Positions 1 through 19,657 of a stretch of 64,000 bases of DNA are shown piece by piece. The number at the start of each line of letters is the position of its first letter. Positions within the stretch are counted from its first letter, which is position 1. Below the pieces are notes generated by a model. That model was not told the origin of the DNA, searched no databases, and saw only the letters and a program-made list of their open reading frames with translations. The stretch lies in the NCBI RefSeq assembly GCF_009914755.1, contig NC_060945.1; one strand, 5' to 3'. This DNA is from the human T2T-CHM13v2.0 reference genome, Homo sapiens. The position numbers and the translations under genes are program-made.

Positions 1-197
1 AGAAGTGGCCCAAAGAGAAACTCCCTTCCCTGTCCTCAGATCATTCCTGAAATCTTGAATTCTCAGAGATGCTCCAAGATACCCTTGTATCCTTAAAATA
101 TATTTTCTTTTTCATAAGCTATATTGAATTGGGTAGTTGTTGCTTGCAATCAAAAGGAACCTAACTAATAGAAGTGCATTAACATGTTTTATAGTAT

Positions 198-669
198 TGT
201 GAAAGGAAAATAAATCTTGGGGCCCCAAAATCACTAAGCTAAAGGGAAGAGTTAAGCTGGGAACTGCTTAGGGCAAACTTGCCTTCCATTCTATTCAAAG
301 TCACCACTCTGCTCACTGAGATAAATGCATATCTGATTGCCTCATTTGGAGAGGCTCATCAGAAACTCAAAAGAATGCAACCATTTTTCTCTTACCTACC
401 TATGACCTGGAAGTCCCCTCCAGGCTTCCAGCTGTCCTGCCTTCACCTGGAGCTGTCCCACCTTTCTGGATTGGCCCAATGTACATCTTACACATATTGA
501 TTGATGTCTCATGTCTCCCTAAAATGTATAAAACCAAGCTGTGCCCTGACCACCTTGGGCAGAAGTTGTCAGAACCTTCTGAGGCTGTGTCATGGTTGCC
601 CATCCTCAACCTTGGCAAAATAAACTTTCTAAATTAACTGAGACCTGCCTCCGATGTTGGGGGTTCACC
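198..669 (+). mobile_element. ERV1 solo LTR, MER4A-like
   Basis: Starts TGTGAAAGGAAAATAAATCTTGGGGCCCCAAAATCACTAAGC as in MER4A; TATAAAA (~527) and AATAAA (~619) near the 3' end; ends ...GGTTCAC. Confidence 0.75.
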
Positions 670-811
670 CTATGCTGTAGGAAAAAAAACAATTGGGCTT
701 GGAATCAAAAGGAGAAAAAAATCATGAATTGAGAACCTATGGCAAATTAGACCATATGTCCTGCTTAATGCTTTCCCAACATGGTTTTAGGTAATTCTGA
801 CTATAGTCCTT

Positions 812-1483
812 TGCCTTAGTTCATTTTGTGTTACTATAATGGAATATCACAAACTAGGTAATTTATAAAGAAAGTAAATTTGCCTGTGCACAGTAGCTCA
901 TGCCAATAATCCTATAACTTTGGGAAGCCAAAGTGGGAGCATCACTTAAGGCCAGGAGTTCAATGCCAGCCTGGGCAACATAGAGAAACCCTATCTCTAC
1001 AAAAAATAAAAATTGACCAAGTGTGATCATGCTCACCTTTAGTTCTACCTACTTGTTAAGTTGAGGTGGGAGTATCACTTGTGCCCAGGAGTTTATGGCT
1101 GCAGTGAGCTATGATCATGCCACTTCACTCCAGCCTAAGCAACAGAGACTCTGTCACTTGTCTCAAAAAAAAAAAAAAAAAAAAAGTAAGTTTATTTCTC
1201 ACAATTCTGGAGGCTGGGAAGTCCAAAAGCATGGCACTAGCATCTGGCAAGGGCCTGCTTGTGTGTTCTACCATGGCAGAAGGCAGAAGGGCAAGAGAAT
1301 GCTCACAAGGTGCAAACTAAACTCATCCTTCTATCAGGAATCCACTCCCCTGATAAAGGTATTAATCCATTTATGAGGGCAGAGTCTTCACTCATGATCT
1401 TAAAGGTTCCACTTTGCAACACTGTTGCCTTGGGGATTATGTTTCTAACACATGACTTTAGGGGACACATTGAAACCACTGCA
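812..1483 (-). mobile_element. ERVL-MaLR LTR (MST/MLT1A-like) split by an AluJ (881-1185, +)
   Basis: MaLR motifs TTTATTTCTCACAATTCTGGAGGCTGGGAAGTCCAA and GGGGACACATTGAAACCA; Alu flanked by the TSD AAAGTAA(A/G)TTT. Confidence 0.7.
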
Positions 1484-1484
1484 T

Positions 1485-1625
1485 CCTTTAAGGTAGGAAT
1501 CAATGTCATATTTGTCATATTTCGAACGAAGAAATAAAGGTTTGGAGAGGTTAATTAACTTGCCCAAGATCTCAGAGCTAAAGCCAGGATCATATCTAGG
1601 ACTGACTACAAAGTCCTGTGGTCTC
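1485..1625. mobile_element. MIR fragment
   Basis: MIR core GAGAGGTTAATTAACTTGCCCAAGATCTCAGAGC. Confidence 0.55.
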
Positions 1626-1811
1626 CAGTGCTTGGCAGGTCCAGCTTCACTGATGAGTCTAGAGAGTAGTAACTCTCTTGGTGTAAGAACTAAGGGAGAT
1701 GATACATTAAATCTAAGTGTAAATTAGATTATGCTTAAAGTATAAGTCATATGGTTATTATTAATAGATCCCCAAGTTAGCCTATATGTGAACTTTTCCA
1801 TAGAGAAATGA

Positions 1812-2293
<482 letters not shown>

Positions 2294-2646
2294 TAGACTG
2301 TTGCATGTGTGGTACACCCACATACAATATCAGCTTTAGACTCAACCCTTTGACTTTGCCTTCACCTACTGAACAGCAACAAGGATTGTGACAGACCAAG
2401 AATCTGAAGAAGGATGCAGTGTGGAGACGAAACAGGTGTCAATGACAAAGGTTTAGTTGTTATTTCAAGTCAACTGCAAAGTGGATGCGGTATCAAGTAC
2501 AGAAACTGCACAGGACTTCTCCACTAAGAACATGGGGAGGGCAAAGGGAATGGATGTTTTGAGAAAGGAGGCAGAAGCCAACAGAGAACAGTGGTTATTA
2601 CCAAGATGGGTGGAGTAGAAGTTAGTTTATAGAAGACATTGGCTTA

Positions 2647-2977
<331 letters not shown>

Positions 2978-3229
2978 TCACCAATATCTGCATATCAAAA
3001 CTAAGAATGAATTTACTTGGCCAATCTCTCTACTGGGTGATCAGCCTGAGCCAGATAATGCAGTGGGTTCTGATTTATAATGCCTTCTTTACTGTCAAGA
3101 GGGGTAAGGATTAAAGTTCCGGTTTAAATTAAAGTTGAAATGCTTTACTTGGTTTGAGTATTATTATGAAAGGACCCTGACCGTTTCTGCATGTCTTAAA
3201 CTGATGAAAGTAGCTAAGTAGACTTTTAA

Positions 3230-3683
<454 letters not shown>

Positions 3684-5069
3684 TGAGTTTTTTAAATTAT
3701 GATTTACAAATGAATTTGTCAAAATTAAATTAAACCCCCCCACACGCACACACACCTGGAATCCTTTACAGATAGGTGGTATATGAATACAAGGCACAGA
3801 TTGTATGTGCATGGTGGCTTTGGCACAAACAGACTACTTCTTTTTTCAATGTTAAGTGTAAAGCAGTTCTTTCATCTCTGTTCAGTGCAGTGTTGAGTGT
3901 GACTAGGATTTGAAGAACCTAAAAAAAAAAAACTCACCTGCTTGCCATCTTCTTGTTTTTTTTTTTGTTGTTTTTTGGTTTTTGCTGGTTTTGTTTGCTG
4001 CTTTTGTAAAACCAGTTTATCATATTCTCATTAGGAAATCAATTTTCATGAAATTAATTTTTTTTCCTGCTAACTATGGCTCAATCTTTTCGTTTCTCTC
4101 TGCTTCTATCTTAAGACCATTCCTCAAATTGACCATGAGAGGATTTACATCTGGGGCACTTGGTATATGCCAAATGGAGACAAAATCAGAATCAGCAGCC
4201 TGGCTGGGCCACAGGTCCAGCATCCCAAGCTATTAAAATATTCTTAGTGTTTCCAGGGAAGTGATAGATCCACTTTGGAAGCTGATAATATACCCCTCCC
4301 CTAGAAACATGCATATACACAAAGTGTTCTAAACAACTTCCAGGTGCTCATGACCTCCCCCACCTCCCAAGCTCATTGACCACTGCCTCGCCTTCACGAA
4401 CTCCAGACCTGGTCTGAACATTTCTAAAGGACGCTCGGGAGTTAAAAGGAGCGAGGCCACTGCAGAAATGACAGCCTTCATCCACAAGTGGCCCACTTCG
4501 GGTTGGCTGGAGCCACAGCTGGGTGGGGACAGGGCCTGTGCTCAGGTGAGCACTGCCTACCGCGCACCCTCCAGGTGCGTCCTACCCTGAAGCGGTCGGA
4601 CTGGACCGTCTAGGTCCCAGCGCTCGAGAGGATGGCAGGCAGGGGCTGGTGATTGTCTGGAGATATGAATGCTTTCTAAGGTTGACGTCAAGGTCTCCTT
4701 CCTGAGCCACAGTCCACGTGATAAGCTCTGTCCAGGTAGAAATGATCTCACCTCTCCTGTCGCCCAGGGTCGGAAACCTGAGGCCCGTGCGGGCTGGGGC
4801 AACTTAGCGGGGGTCCCAAGCCCGCCGCGCCCCCTGCGCCCCAAACGTGTGTGGAGGGCTTGGACGTGGTCCAGAGGGAAAAGATGGGGTGAACCAGGTG
4901 CCGCGCACCCTTCGAGGAGCCCCCGCTTCTCCGTTTCTGTGAGTGACTCCAAAGCACCTCCGAGGGCCGACACACGCGCGGACGACCTTGGGCGGGCACT
5001 GACCAATGTCCCCTTCCACTCGGTTGTGTCGGGGGTCCCCAGGTGAGGCGCGAACGCCGCCCCGCTCAC

Positions 5070-5200
5070 CTGTACGAGGCCTTTCCCGGAGCAGCCCGGC
5101 TACGAAGCGACACCCATGGCGGAGAAGCTAAGGAAGACTCCCGCTCCCTCACACCGCGGCTGAGGCGACTGAACCGCCCCAGTACGCCGGGGCCCTCCCC
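5070..5200 (-). ncRNA. CBR3-AS1: Probable first exon of a divergent lncRNA (CBR3-AS1); 5' end approximate
   Basis: Strong minus-strand donor CAG|GTGAGC (GT at 5069-5068) inside the CpG island, ~0.5 kb upstream of DOP1B exon 1. Name assigned from recalled gene order. Confidence 0.5.
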
Positions 5201-5240
5201 AAGCCCTGCTCCCAAGCCGAAGCCCCGCCCCCGCGTCTAA

Positions 5241-5603
5241 GGCCCACCTCCAGGCCCCGCCCCTGACCCCGACTCCGTGAGTCAAGCCTGGCCTTTCAGT
5301 CCAGCCCAGCCCGTCGAGGCCCCGCCCCTGTTGTTATGGCCCGCCTCCAGGCACCGCCCTTGATCCCACCTTCATGAGTCAGGCCCCGCCTTCCAGCCCA
5401 GCCCGGCCAGTCGAGGCCCCGCCCCTGTAGGTACAGCCCACTTCCAGGCCCCGCCCTTGATCCCGCCTCCTTCGGTCAGGCCCCGTCTTCTAGTTCCGCC
5501 CCGCCCGCGGAAACCCCGCCCCCGCGCGCCTATGGCCCACCTCCAGGTCCCGCCCCTGAGCCCGCCTCCAGGCGTCCAGCCCCGCCTTCCAGCCCCGCCC
5601 CAA
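5241..5603. repeat. Degenerate GC-rich tandem repeat, ~97-bp period, ~4 copies
   Basis: Unit start (G/A)GCCC(A/G)C(C/T)TCCAGG..CCGCCC(C/T)TGA recurs at 5241, 5338, 5435 and 5534. Confidence 0.85.
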
Positions 5604-5659
5604 GCGCCGAGGCCCGGCTTCCAGGCTCCGCCCCGACCCGCGCGGTGGGGAAGAGCCGC

Positions 5660-5796
5660 TGCCGCTGGTTCTCCGGCTCTTCCTCGGCGGTTCTGGCTCC
5701 CGGCCGCGCCGCAGCCCTGCCCAGTCTCTCTCCCGCAGCCCGGAGGGCTCCTCCGCGCCGCACGTGAGCGCGCCCGCCAACAGGGCCACTGCCGCG
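5660..5796 (+). other. DOP1B: DOP1B exon 1 (non-coding 5'UTR; TSS approximate)
   Basis: Consensus donor GCG|GTAAGT at 5796/5797 just downstream of the GC-box array; no ATG in the exon. Confidence 0.75.
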
Positions 5797-6810
5797 GTAA
5801 GTCGTGCCTGCGCCCTGTCCGGCGTCCAGTCCTCAGCCGCTGGGCGAAGCCGGAGGAGCCGGGCGTCTCCTCCCCGCCGGCCCGCGGGTCCTTCTCCGGG
5901 TCCAGAGGGCTTGGGCGGCGCCGTGGGGCGGCCCGGGGTGCAGGTGGCTTACCGGCGCGCGGCCCGGGCCTGTGGCGCGCTCTGCTGCAGTGCGGGGGCG
6001 GAGAGCTCGGGGCCGGAGACCGGGAGGGCAGCGGGGAGACTGGGTGGGGTCCCCTAGGGTTACCCGACCCTGGCGCGGAGGATATGATGCCGGCCACGCC
6101 CTCGCCGAGCGGGGCGGCAGGTGCAGGTCCAGGGGTGGGTCGCGGCCCGCGCGCCCTCCCGGGGCCGGCCCACGACGAGACGCTCAGCCTTTGTTTGCTG
6201 GTGCCCTGGCTGGGGAGGAGGCTGGGGACGCAGACCTGTGAGAACTGAGGGCTTTCCTCGTTGGGGAAGACCCCAGTCTTCCAGCCAGTCCCCAGGAGAA
6301 GGGATCCGGGCCGCAGTGCGCGCTCTGCCAGCCTGGCCCCTGCGCCCTGCAGGGTTCCCGGCTGCTCGCGGGGACTGTTACCCGCAGTGTTGCCTTACAC
6401 TCGCGACTGCAGCCCCACAATTGGGAAGACTTTGCTAGGATTTTTTTGGTAAGGCGAGGGAAGACCGTCCCCCCGGCCCCACAAGTCTGCTGCCATTAGG
6501 TGGCTTAAATTTTTTCCAGTACAATTTAATTGCCACTTTGAAAGACCACATTCAAAACAGCGTGTCCCAGAGTTGATTAAGCCCATTGGTGATGAGTGTT
6601 TCTGTGCTGTGGACTAAGGATCATTATCAATTTTATTACTAATAGTACATATCTGTTATCTGTTGCTAAATGTTTTTGCTTATGTGGTAGGGTCACTGTC
6701 CTCATTTTCATCGAACTGAGAAATGTTCCTTCATACAGACATATTTACAGTGAACTTTTTTGGGATCTGGCAGTTGGTTTTTCTCTTGAACTTGTTTTTT
6801 TCTTTTTCTA

Positions 6811-6950
6811 AATTATTATTATTATTATTATTTTAAGACGAAGGTCTCATTATGTTGCCCAGTCTGGTCTCAAACTCCTGGGCTCAAGCAATCCTTCCAC
6901 CTCGGCCTCTTAAAGTGCTGGGATTACAGGTATGAGCCACAGTGCCCAAC
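6811..6950 (-). mobile_element. Alu monomer (FLAM) with (ATT)n tail
   Basis: Single-arm antisense Alu text. Confidence 0.8.
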
Positions 6951-7376
6951 CCTGAATTTGATTTTCTATGAAATTAAAAATGGGTAAAGAGAGAGATTTC
7001 TTGCTGACATTTTCGATTTTAAGGTATCTGAGCAGATACACTTCTTGTGTGATTATTTCTTTCTGTGTCTAGTTATTTATAGCCTGTGTAACTGTCGGTT
7101 TTACTGAACTCTTCAATCTCTCACAGGAGACATATCCAGGATAGATTGCAAGATCATTGGCAAAAGAGCTATTTGAGAACTGAACCAATAATTTTATCAG
7201 TAGCATAATGTAGTGGAGACCTGTACTATCTCACTGACCTGAGCTCGAATCTGGTTCTGCTAGCTGCTGGGTGTGTGACCTGGGCAATTTTCCGAATGGC
7301 CTGACTTCTAATATCCTCATCTTGGGCCTAATACCCATCTCACAGGACTCGTGTATTGCAGTAAAGAAATGCATGC

Positions 7377-8325
<949 letters not shown>

Positions 8326-9288
8326 AAATGCATGCATAAATGGTGAATTTACCAAGCTCACCCAGAAGACTTGCTTGGTAGCATACCACGTGCCCCATAT
8401 TTCGAAATAAAGGAGCTTGCATGAATGACGATTTCCAAACTTCTCTCGTGTGCTGGTAGTTACACCAAATAGCACTTTCTTCATATGGCCAACCATAACA
8501 CTGAACTGCTCCAGCTACTGCTCTTACCTGGCTGATGCCCTTCTTGCCATGAGCAGTGGCGTCCCTTGCCACCCCACCTTCTAAATACACACCTTATCGT
8601 CAATACACACCTTATCACAGTTCTCTTCCTGGTAACTCTAGCTGCCCACACCTCTGGACTTTGAGGACTCCTCTGCCGGTGGCTGAGTTTCCTCTTGGTA
8701 TCATCAGACTCTGTCATTTTGTCCACCCTCTGTCACTTATGTGTGTTAAAAGGAGCAAGGCCACTTTGTCCACCCTCTGACACTTACGTGTCCCACATTA
8801 AACTGAAATTATGTATTTAGGTACTTCCACTTTTATTAGGCTATGAACTATGAGAGTAGGGACCTTGTCTTATTTATGTTTCTTTCCCCCATGTTTAGAC
8901 ACTTAGTAGAGTGAACAGACTGTGCACCATTGGAGTATTGCGGTGGTTTAGAGATGCTGGGTTTCAGAACTGAATTTTCTGGAAAAAAAAATAATAATAA
9001 TATGGACCATTTTGGATATATCAACTTCTTAGTCTTTACTTGGCAAAAGGAACAAACTACCAGCTCTCATTACCATCTTTTCCTTAATATTTTCAAAATG
9101 TGTGAAGGCAGTTATTTCAGAAAAAGGGACAGGCCTTCCCAGGATTGAGTAGGCGGTCTTATTTTGTGGGTGGGTGTGCAAGGTGCAGTATATTTTTGCA
9201 GAGAGGCACGCATATGCAGAGGCTCTGTGGCAGGATGGGTCCGTCTTGGGGTTGGAGGGTGCAGTGACAAGTGGGTAGAGTCTTGTAA

Positions 9289-9825
<537 letters not shown>

Positions 9826-9979
9826 TAGGAAGAAGAGGCAAACAGGACTGGGGTTGAGCATGGCAGGAGAAGAGAAGGAAGAGTCTAGAATAATCCAACA
9901 GGTAAAGGGGCTACTTTCTGAGAAGGAAAAGATGGGAGAAGGAGCATGTTGAGCAGATGGAATTGAGAGTTTACTGTTG

Positions 9980-10286
9980 TTTTTTTTTGTGTGTGTGTTT
10001 TGTTTTTTGGTGGGGACAGAGTCTCACTGTGTCACCCAGGCTGGAGTGCAATGGTGCGATCTGAGCCCACTGCAACCTCCGCCTCCTGGATTCCAGTGAT
10101 TCTCCCGCCTCAGCCTCCTGAATAGCTGGGATTACAGCCACCATGCCCAGCTAATTTTTCTATTTTTAGTAGAGATGGAGTTTCACCATGTTGGCCAGGC
10201 TGGTCTCGAACTCCTGACCTCGTGATCCACCCACCTCGGCCTCCCAAAGCGCTGGGATTATAGGCATGGGCCACTGCACCTGGCCT
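9980..10286 (-). mobile_element. AluS
   Basis: Antisense dimeric Alu. Confidence 0.85.
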
Positions 10287-10287
10287 A

Positions 10288-10845
10288 GTTTTATTTTTTT
10301 TAACAGCTTTATTGCACTATAATTTTCAGCTCATAAAATGCATTCAAGTGTATAATTCAGTGTTGTTGTTGTTGTTTTTGAGACAGGGTCTTGCCATGTT
10401 GTTTGTGACCCAGGCTGGTCACAACCTCCGGGGCAGAAGCAATCCTCCTACCTCAACCTCTGGAGTAGCTGGGATCACAGGCATGAGCCACTGTGCCCAG
10501 ATAATTTCAGTGATTTTTCATACATTTACAGAGTTGTGCAAGCATCGCCATCATCCCATTTTAGCACGTTTGCCTTACCTGAGAAAGATCGCCGTGCCCA
10601 ATGGCCATTACTCCCTGTTTTCACTGCACCCCAGGCAGCCACTAACCTACTTGCCTTCTCTCTAGATTTGCCTGTGGAGGGCATTTCATATCAATGGAAT
10701 CATACAATGTCTGGTCTTGTGTGTCTGGCGTCTTCCACTAAGCGTGTGTTTTCAGGGTTCATCCATGTTGCGGCGTATCAGTATTTGGTTCCTTTCCATT
10801 GCCTCAGCGTTCCTTTGTGGATAGACCATATTTTGTGGATGGATG
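10288..10845 (-). mobile_element. Old L1 (L1MB/MC-like) 3' fragment with an Alu monomer (10360-10500)
   Basis: L1M 3'UTR text: ACAGCTTTATTG..., ATTTCATATCAATGGAATCATACAAT, GGTTCATCCATGTTG. Confidence 0.7.
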
Positions 10846-11044
10846 CTTGTCTTAGTTAATTCAGGCTGCTCCAATAAAATAGTGTAAACTAGGTATTTCT
10901 GTTATAAGTGACAGTAGTGTATTCCTATAGTTCTGGAGGCTGAGAAGTTCAAGATCAAGGTGCTGGCAGATTCGGTGTCTGGTGGGGCCTGCTTGCTGTA
11001 TCCTCACAGTGGAAAGAACAGCCAGGCTCCCTTGGGTCTCTTTA

Positions 11045-11695
11045 ATTTAGTTTATTTGTTTGAGACAGGGTCTCATTCTGTTGCCCAGACTGGAGTGCAG
11101 TGGCATGATCATGGCTCACTGCAGCCTCAACCTCCCAAACTCAAGTGATCCTCCCAACTCAGACTCCTGAGTACCTGGGACTATAGGCATGTGCCACTAC
11201 ACCCTGCTAATTTTTGTATTGTTTGTAGAGATGGGGTTTCACCATGTTGCTCAGGTTAGTCTCAAACTCCTGGACTCAAGTGATCCACCTGCTTTGGCCT
11301 CCCAGGATTTCAGATGTGAGCCACTCCGTTCAGCTGGTGTCCCTTTTAAAAGAGCACTAATCCCATGACATAATCACCTCCCAAAGTCTTCACTTTCTTT
11401 TTTTTTTGAGATGGAGTCTTGTTCTGTTACCCAGGCTGGGGTACAGTGGCGCAGTCTCACCTCACTGCAACCTCCATGGCTCCTGGGTTCAAGCAATGCT
11501 CATGCCTCATCCTCCCGAGTAGCTGGGACAGGTGTGTGCCACCATGCCCAGCTATTTTTTATGTTTATTTTTTGGTAGAGATGGGTTTTCACGATGTTGG
11601 CCAGGCTGGTCTCAAACATCTGACCTCAAGTGATCTGCCCGCCTTGGCCTCTCAAAAGTGCTGAGATTACAGGTGTGAGTCACCATGCCCAGCCG
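11045..11695 (-). mobile_element. Two antisense Alus (11045-11335, 11394-11695) within MaLR LTR remnants starting ~10848
   Basis: Alu consensus text; MLT motif TAGTTCTGGAGGCTGAGAAGTTCAAGATCAAGG upstream. Confidence 0.8.
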
Positions 11696-11913
11696 CCAGG
11701 GAATGTATTTAGCAGTTGGTAGAGGAGGAGGAAAGAAGTTCAGAGAGGTAGATGGGAAACAAGCTCTGGCGCTGGAGGGGCCAGAGGAGTGTGTGGGCCA
11801 AGTGGAGGCTGCTAGGCTGCTTAAAGAAGTGGTCTGCCGCAGAGTGCTACTGAGAGGTAAAGTGAGGAAACAGAAAGGACCTCTGCCATTGGTGACTTGA
11901 AAGTAGTGGTGGT

Positions 11914-12223
<310 letters not shown>

Positions 12224-13023
12224 GTAGTGGTGGCCTGGTGAAGATTGGATTGGGTCTGGAGTGATCGGAAATTGAAGTATGAGATTTCATGAAATTTTTA
12301 TAACTGTACTGGCCTGTAAATGAAAGACTCAAGCTTAAAGAACGTGTTGTACCTTCAGTTCAGTTTCTTCCATTTACCATATTTGCCTTTTTATTTGATT
12401 GACTACATCCAACTTGTTTAGCAATCTACCCAGCTAACCGCGTTCACTCACGTTTAACTATATAGCATTGCTCTGTATTTGTCTTTCCTTTCAGACTGAG
12501 CAGTACTGGTGAAATACTATTTGTCCTCATATATCAATTAGGATTGTGGTTGGCTATAACAGAAAACCTGATAGAACAGTGGCTTAAACAAATTAGCTGT
12601 TATGTGCAGAAAACATACACCAGACATTACAGCATCCGGGGTTGGCATGTGGTGCCTTCATCATGCCATCTGGGGCTGCAGGGGCTCTGTCGTTCCACTC
12701 AGCCATCGTTAGTTTGTGACTTTCGTGCATGTTTCATGACAGGTGCAAGATGTAGCTTCACTCCAACATCATGCCTTTGTTCTAGGCAGAAAGAGGAAGA
12801 AAGGAGGACAAAAGGCTTATGCCAGGAAGTCTGCCTCCTTTCCAACAGCCTTTTGACCCACAGCTTCTACTGACATCTCATTGTCAAGAGCTGTCACATG
12901 GCCACCTAGATGCAAGGGAGTCTGGGAATTACAGTGTTACCATGAACAAAACCAGTGCTCCCTTAGTACAGAAAAGGAGAACAAGGCATGTTGGGTAGAT
13001 GCCTGCCACACTTTAAATAAAAC

Positions 13024-13190
13024 AGCCAGGCATGGTGATACATCCCAATAGTCCCAGCTACTTGGGAGGCTGAGGTGGAAGGAAGGATCACTTGAGCTTA
13101 GGAGGTCAAGGCTGCAGTGACCCGTGATCGTGCCACTGCACTGCAGCCTGGGTGGCAGAGTAAGACCCTGCCTCCAAAAAAACATAAAAA
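13024..13190 (+). mobile_element. Alu right-arm monomer / AluJ fragment
   Basis: Single-arm Alu text with A tail. Confidence 0.8.
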
Positions 13191-13585
13191 GTTTAGAAAT
13201 GCCATATGATGGGAGGGGCCGTGCTCATTTAAAATTACCGGCTGGCAACAACATATAGTCTAGCAGCTTTGGAGCTTTGATCCTGGAATTAATTTTGTCA
13301 GTTACTTGGAGCCCTAGCACTTCTATGCTGTCTGCTCCTGTTTCCTGTTCTCCCCCAGAATCCACGAGGGCGGGAACTATTTATCTTTCATCTCCCACAG
13401 TGCCTGGCCCAGAAGCCTTGCTAAATATTTGAACAGGATTGCCCAGTGAGTTTGTGCACAGTTGTGTTTGTGGACACGTGTCTTCTGTAGCTCTGGGTTG
13501 GGAATGATTTGTATCCCCAAATGGCTCTCTCATTTGGTTATTTTTTGATTTGCTTTTAGATACTTTTCTGCTGTGAGAATGTAAG

Positions 13586-13723
13586 ATGGATCCAGAAGAG
13601 CAGGAGCTCTTAAATGATTACAGATACAGAAGCTACTCTTCAGTGATTGAAAAGGCTTTGAGAAATTTTGAGTCCTCGAGTGAATGGGCGGATCTCATAT
13701 CTTCACTTGGCAAACTCAACAAG
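13586..13723 (+). CDS. DOP1B: DOP1B coding part of exon 2 (exon starts 13560); [19 protein letters not shown]...LGKLNK
   Basis: Acceptor TTTTAG at 13559, ATG at 13586, donor AAG|GTATGT; 46 codons matching the Dopey N-terminus (motif [12 protein letters not shown]). Confidence 0.97.
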
Positions 13724-14246
13724 GTATGTAGGGTGTATCCTATTTGGATTGCATGGAGGTGGGGACGTAATTGTCTTTTTATTATTATAAGAAATTACAT
13801 GATTATATTATTTGTATTTTATAATCTTTATATCATTACATATTATACAGTATAATCTTTATATTATTTCAAGGAAATACCATTATATATACAATGATGA
13901 TTACAATAATTAGAAAATATAGAAAAGAAAAAAACCACTCATAATTCTGTCCTCCAGTGTTACCCACTGTTAACCTATCAATGTATGTACCTCCTTCCAG
14001 CTTTTTCTGAGCATAAAAATATATATAGTGTTCGTATAGTTGAAGTCTTTTTCTTAACAATGTTAATGTCTAGACAAGATAAAATTTAAAATGGTCAAAT
14101 TAGGTATTCAAAGACTGTTCTTTGTATACTCCTTAGGATTTTTATTTATTTTTCTTCTTTGATCTACTTTTTTGATCCTTTTACTGCTGTCTGGTAACTC
14201 CTAGAAGAATAAAAGTTGAAATAAATATTGAAATCTGCCCAAAACT

Positions 14247-14295
14247 TGTGTGTGTGTGTGCATGTGTGTGCATACGTGTGTGCATGTGTGTGTAT
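14247..14295. repeat. (TG)n-rich microsatellite
   Basis: Directly visible. Confidence 0.8.
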
Positions 14296-14355
14296 GGGGT
14301 CAGATCTAGGAAAACCAAAACTGGTCACACGTGGGCTTGACCTTGTACTCTATAT

Positions 14356-15352
<997 letters not shown>

Positions 15353-16019
15353 CTCTATATAAGTGACATATAGATGGGAGCATTATATTTTCCCATCCTT
15401 TCTTTCCCAGAAAGAAAGTGACACAGGGACTTTCAAGCGCTCAGATGACCACTACAACATGTAGGTAGATGATACCTGGGCTTAGATAAGCTGTACCTGG
15501 CTCTGTTGCTGTTCAGACAGGACCTGAGTTTGGAGCCCAAGTGCTAGGTGGGAGTTAGGAGATGTCTAACTCTACTCTGCAGATCTCAGCTCCCCAGGCC
15601 AAACACACCAGGGGAACTGGGGTGAGTGAAGAATTTCAGCAGCCTGACCCTCCAGCCCTGACAGATGGCTATCAGGCACGCTGCAGATGGGCAGTTCTTA
15701 CAGCTCGTGGCCAGTAAGCTGCTGGTCTTTTGCAAGGTATATTTACGACCTGTAAATGTCACGGCTCCGTGCTGGCTGGGGTGGATAAATGTTTCTAAGG
15801 TCTTTAAAACAGGAAATAAGAGCTTGCAAATTCTTTGGTTTTACAGCTCTATCTCAGGAATTCTCTAGGTGAATGCAGATTGCATTCGCAGACTTGCTCT
15901 GAAGGTGGATTGCTTTTTGAGGGGAAAGGGAGAAGCAGTAGAACCGCATTGAGTCCCACATTCTTCTGGATGTTTCACTTTTCAGTACTCAGCCCTCCTG
16001 GAGTCTAAGAACAGACTAC

Positions 16020-19657
<3,638 letters not shown>

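Larger units (their letters stand above)
4550..6420. promoter_or_regulatory. DOP1B: CpG island / bidirectional promoter of DOP1B
   Basis: Very high GC and CpG density; many GC boxes (CCCCGCCC); CRE TGACGTCA 4683-4690; E-boxes CACGTG (~4715, 5761); CCAAT 5003-5007; AP-1 TGAGTCA at 5278 and 5375; no TATA box. Confidence 0.9.

Noticed and set aside
5241-5603. Periodic repeats as a CRISPR-like array
   Set aside because: Eukaryotic context; whole units are homologous with no unique spacers and no cas genes.
4557-6452. Long overlapping ORFs (up to 263 aa) in the CpG island
   Set aside because: Pro/Arg/Gly-rich products expected from stop-poor GC-rich sequence; they ignore the exon-1 donor and show no recognisable homology.
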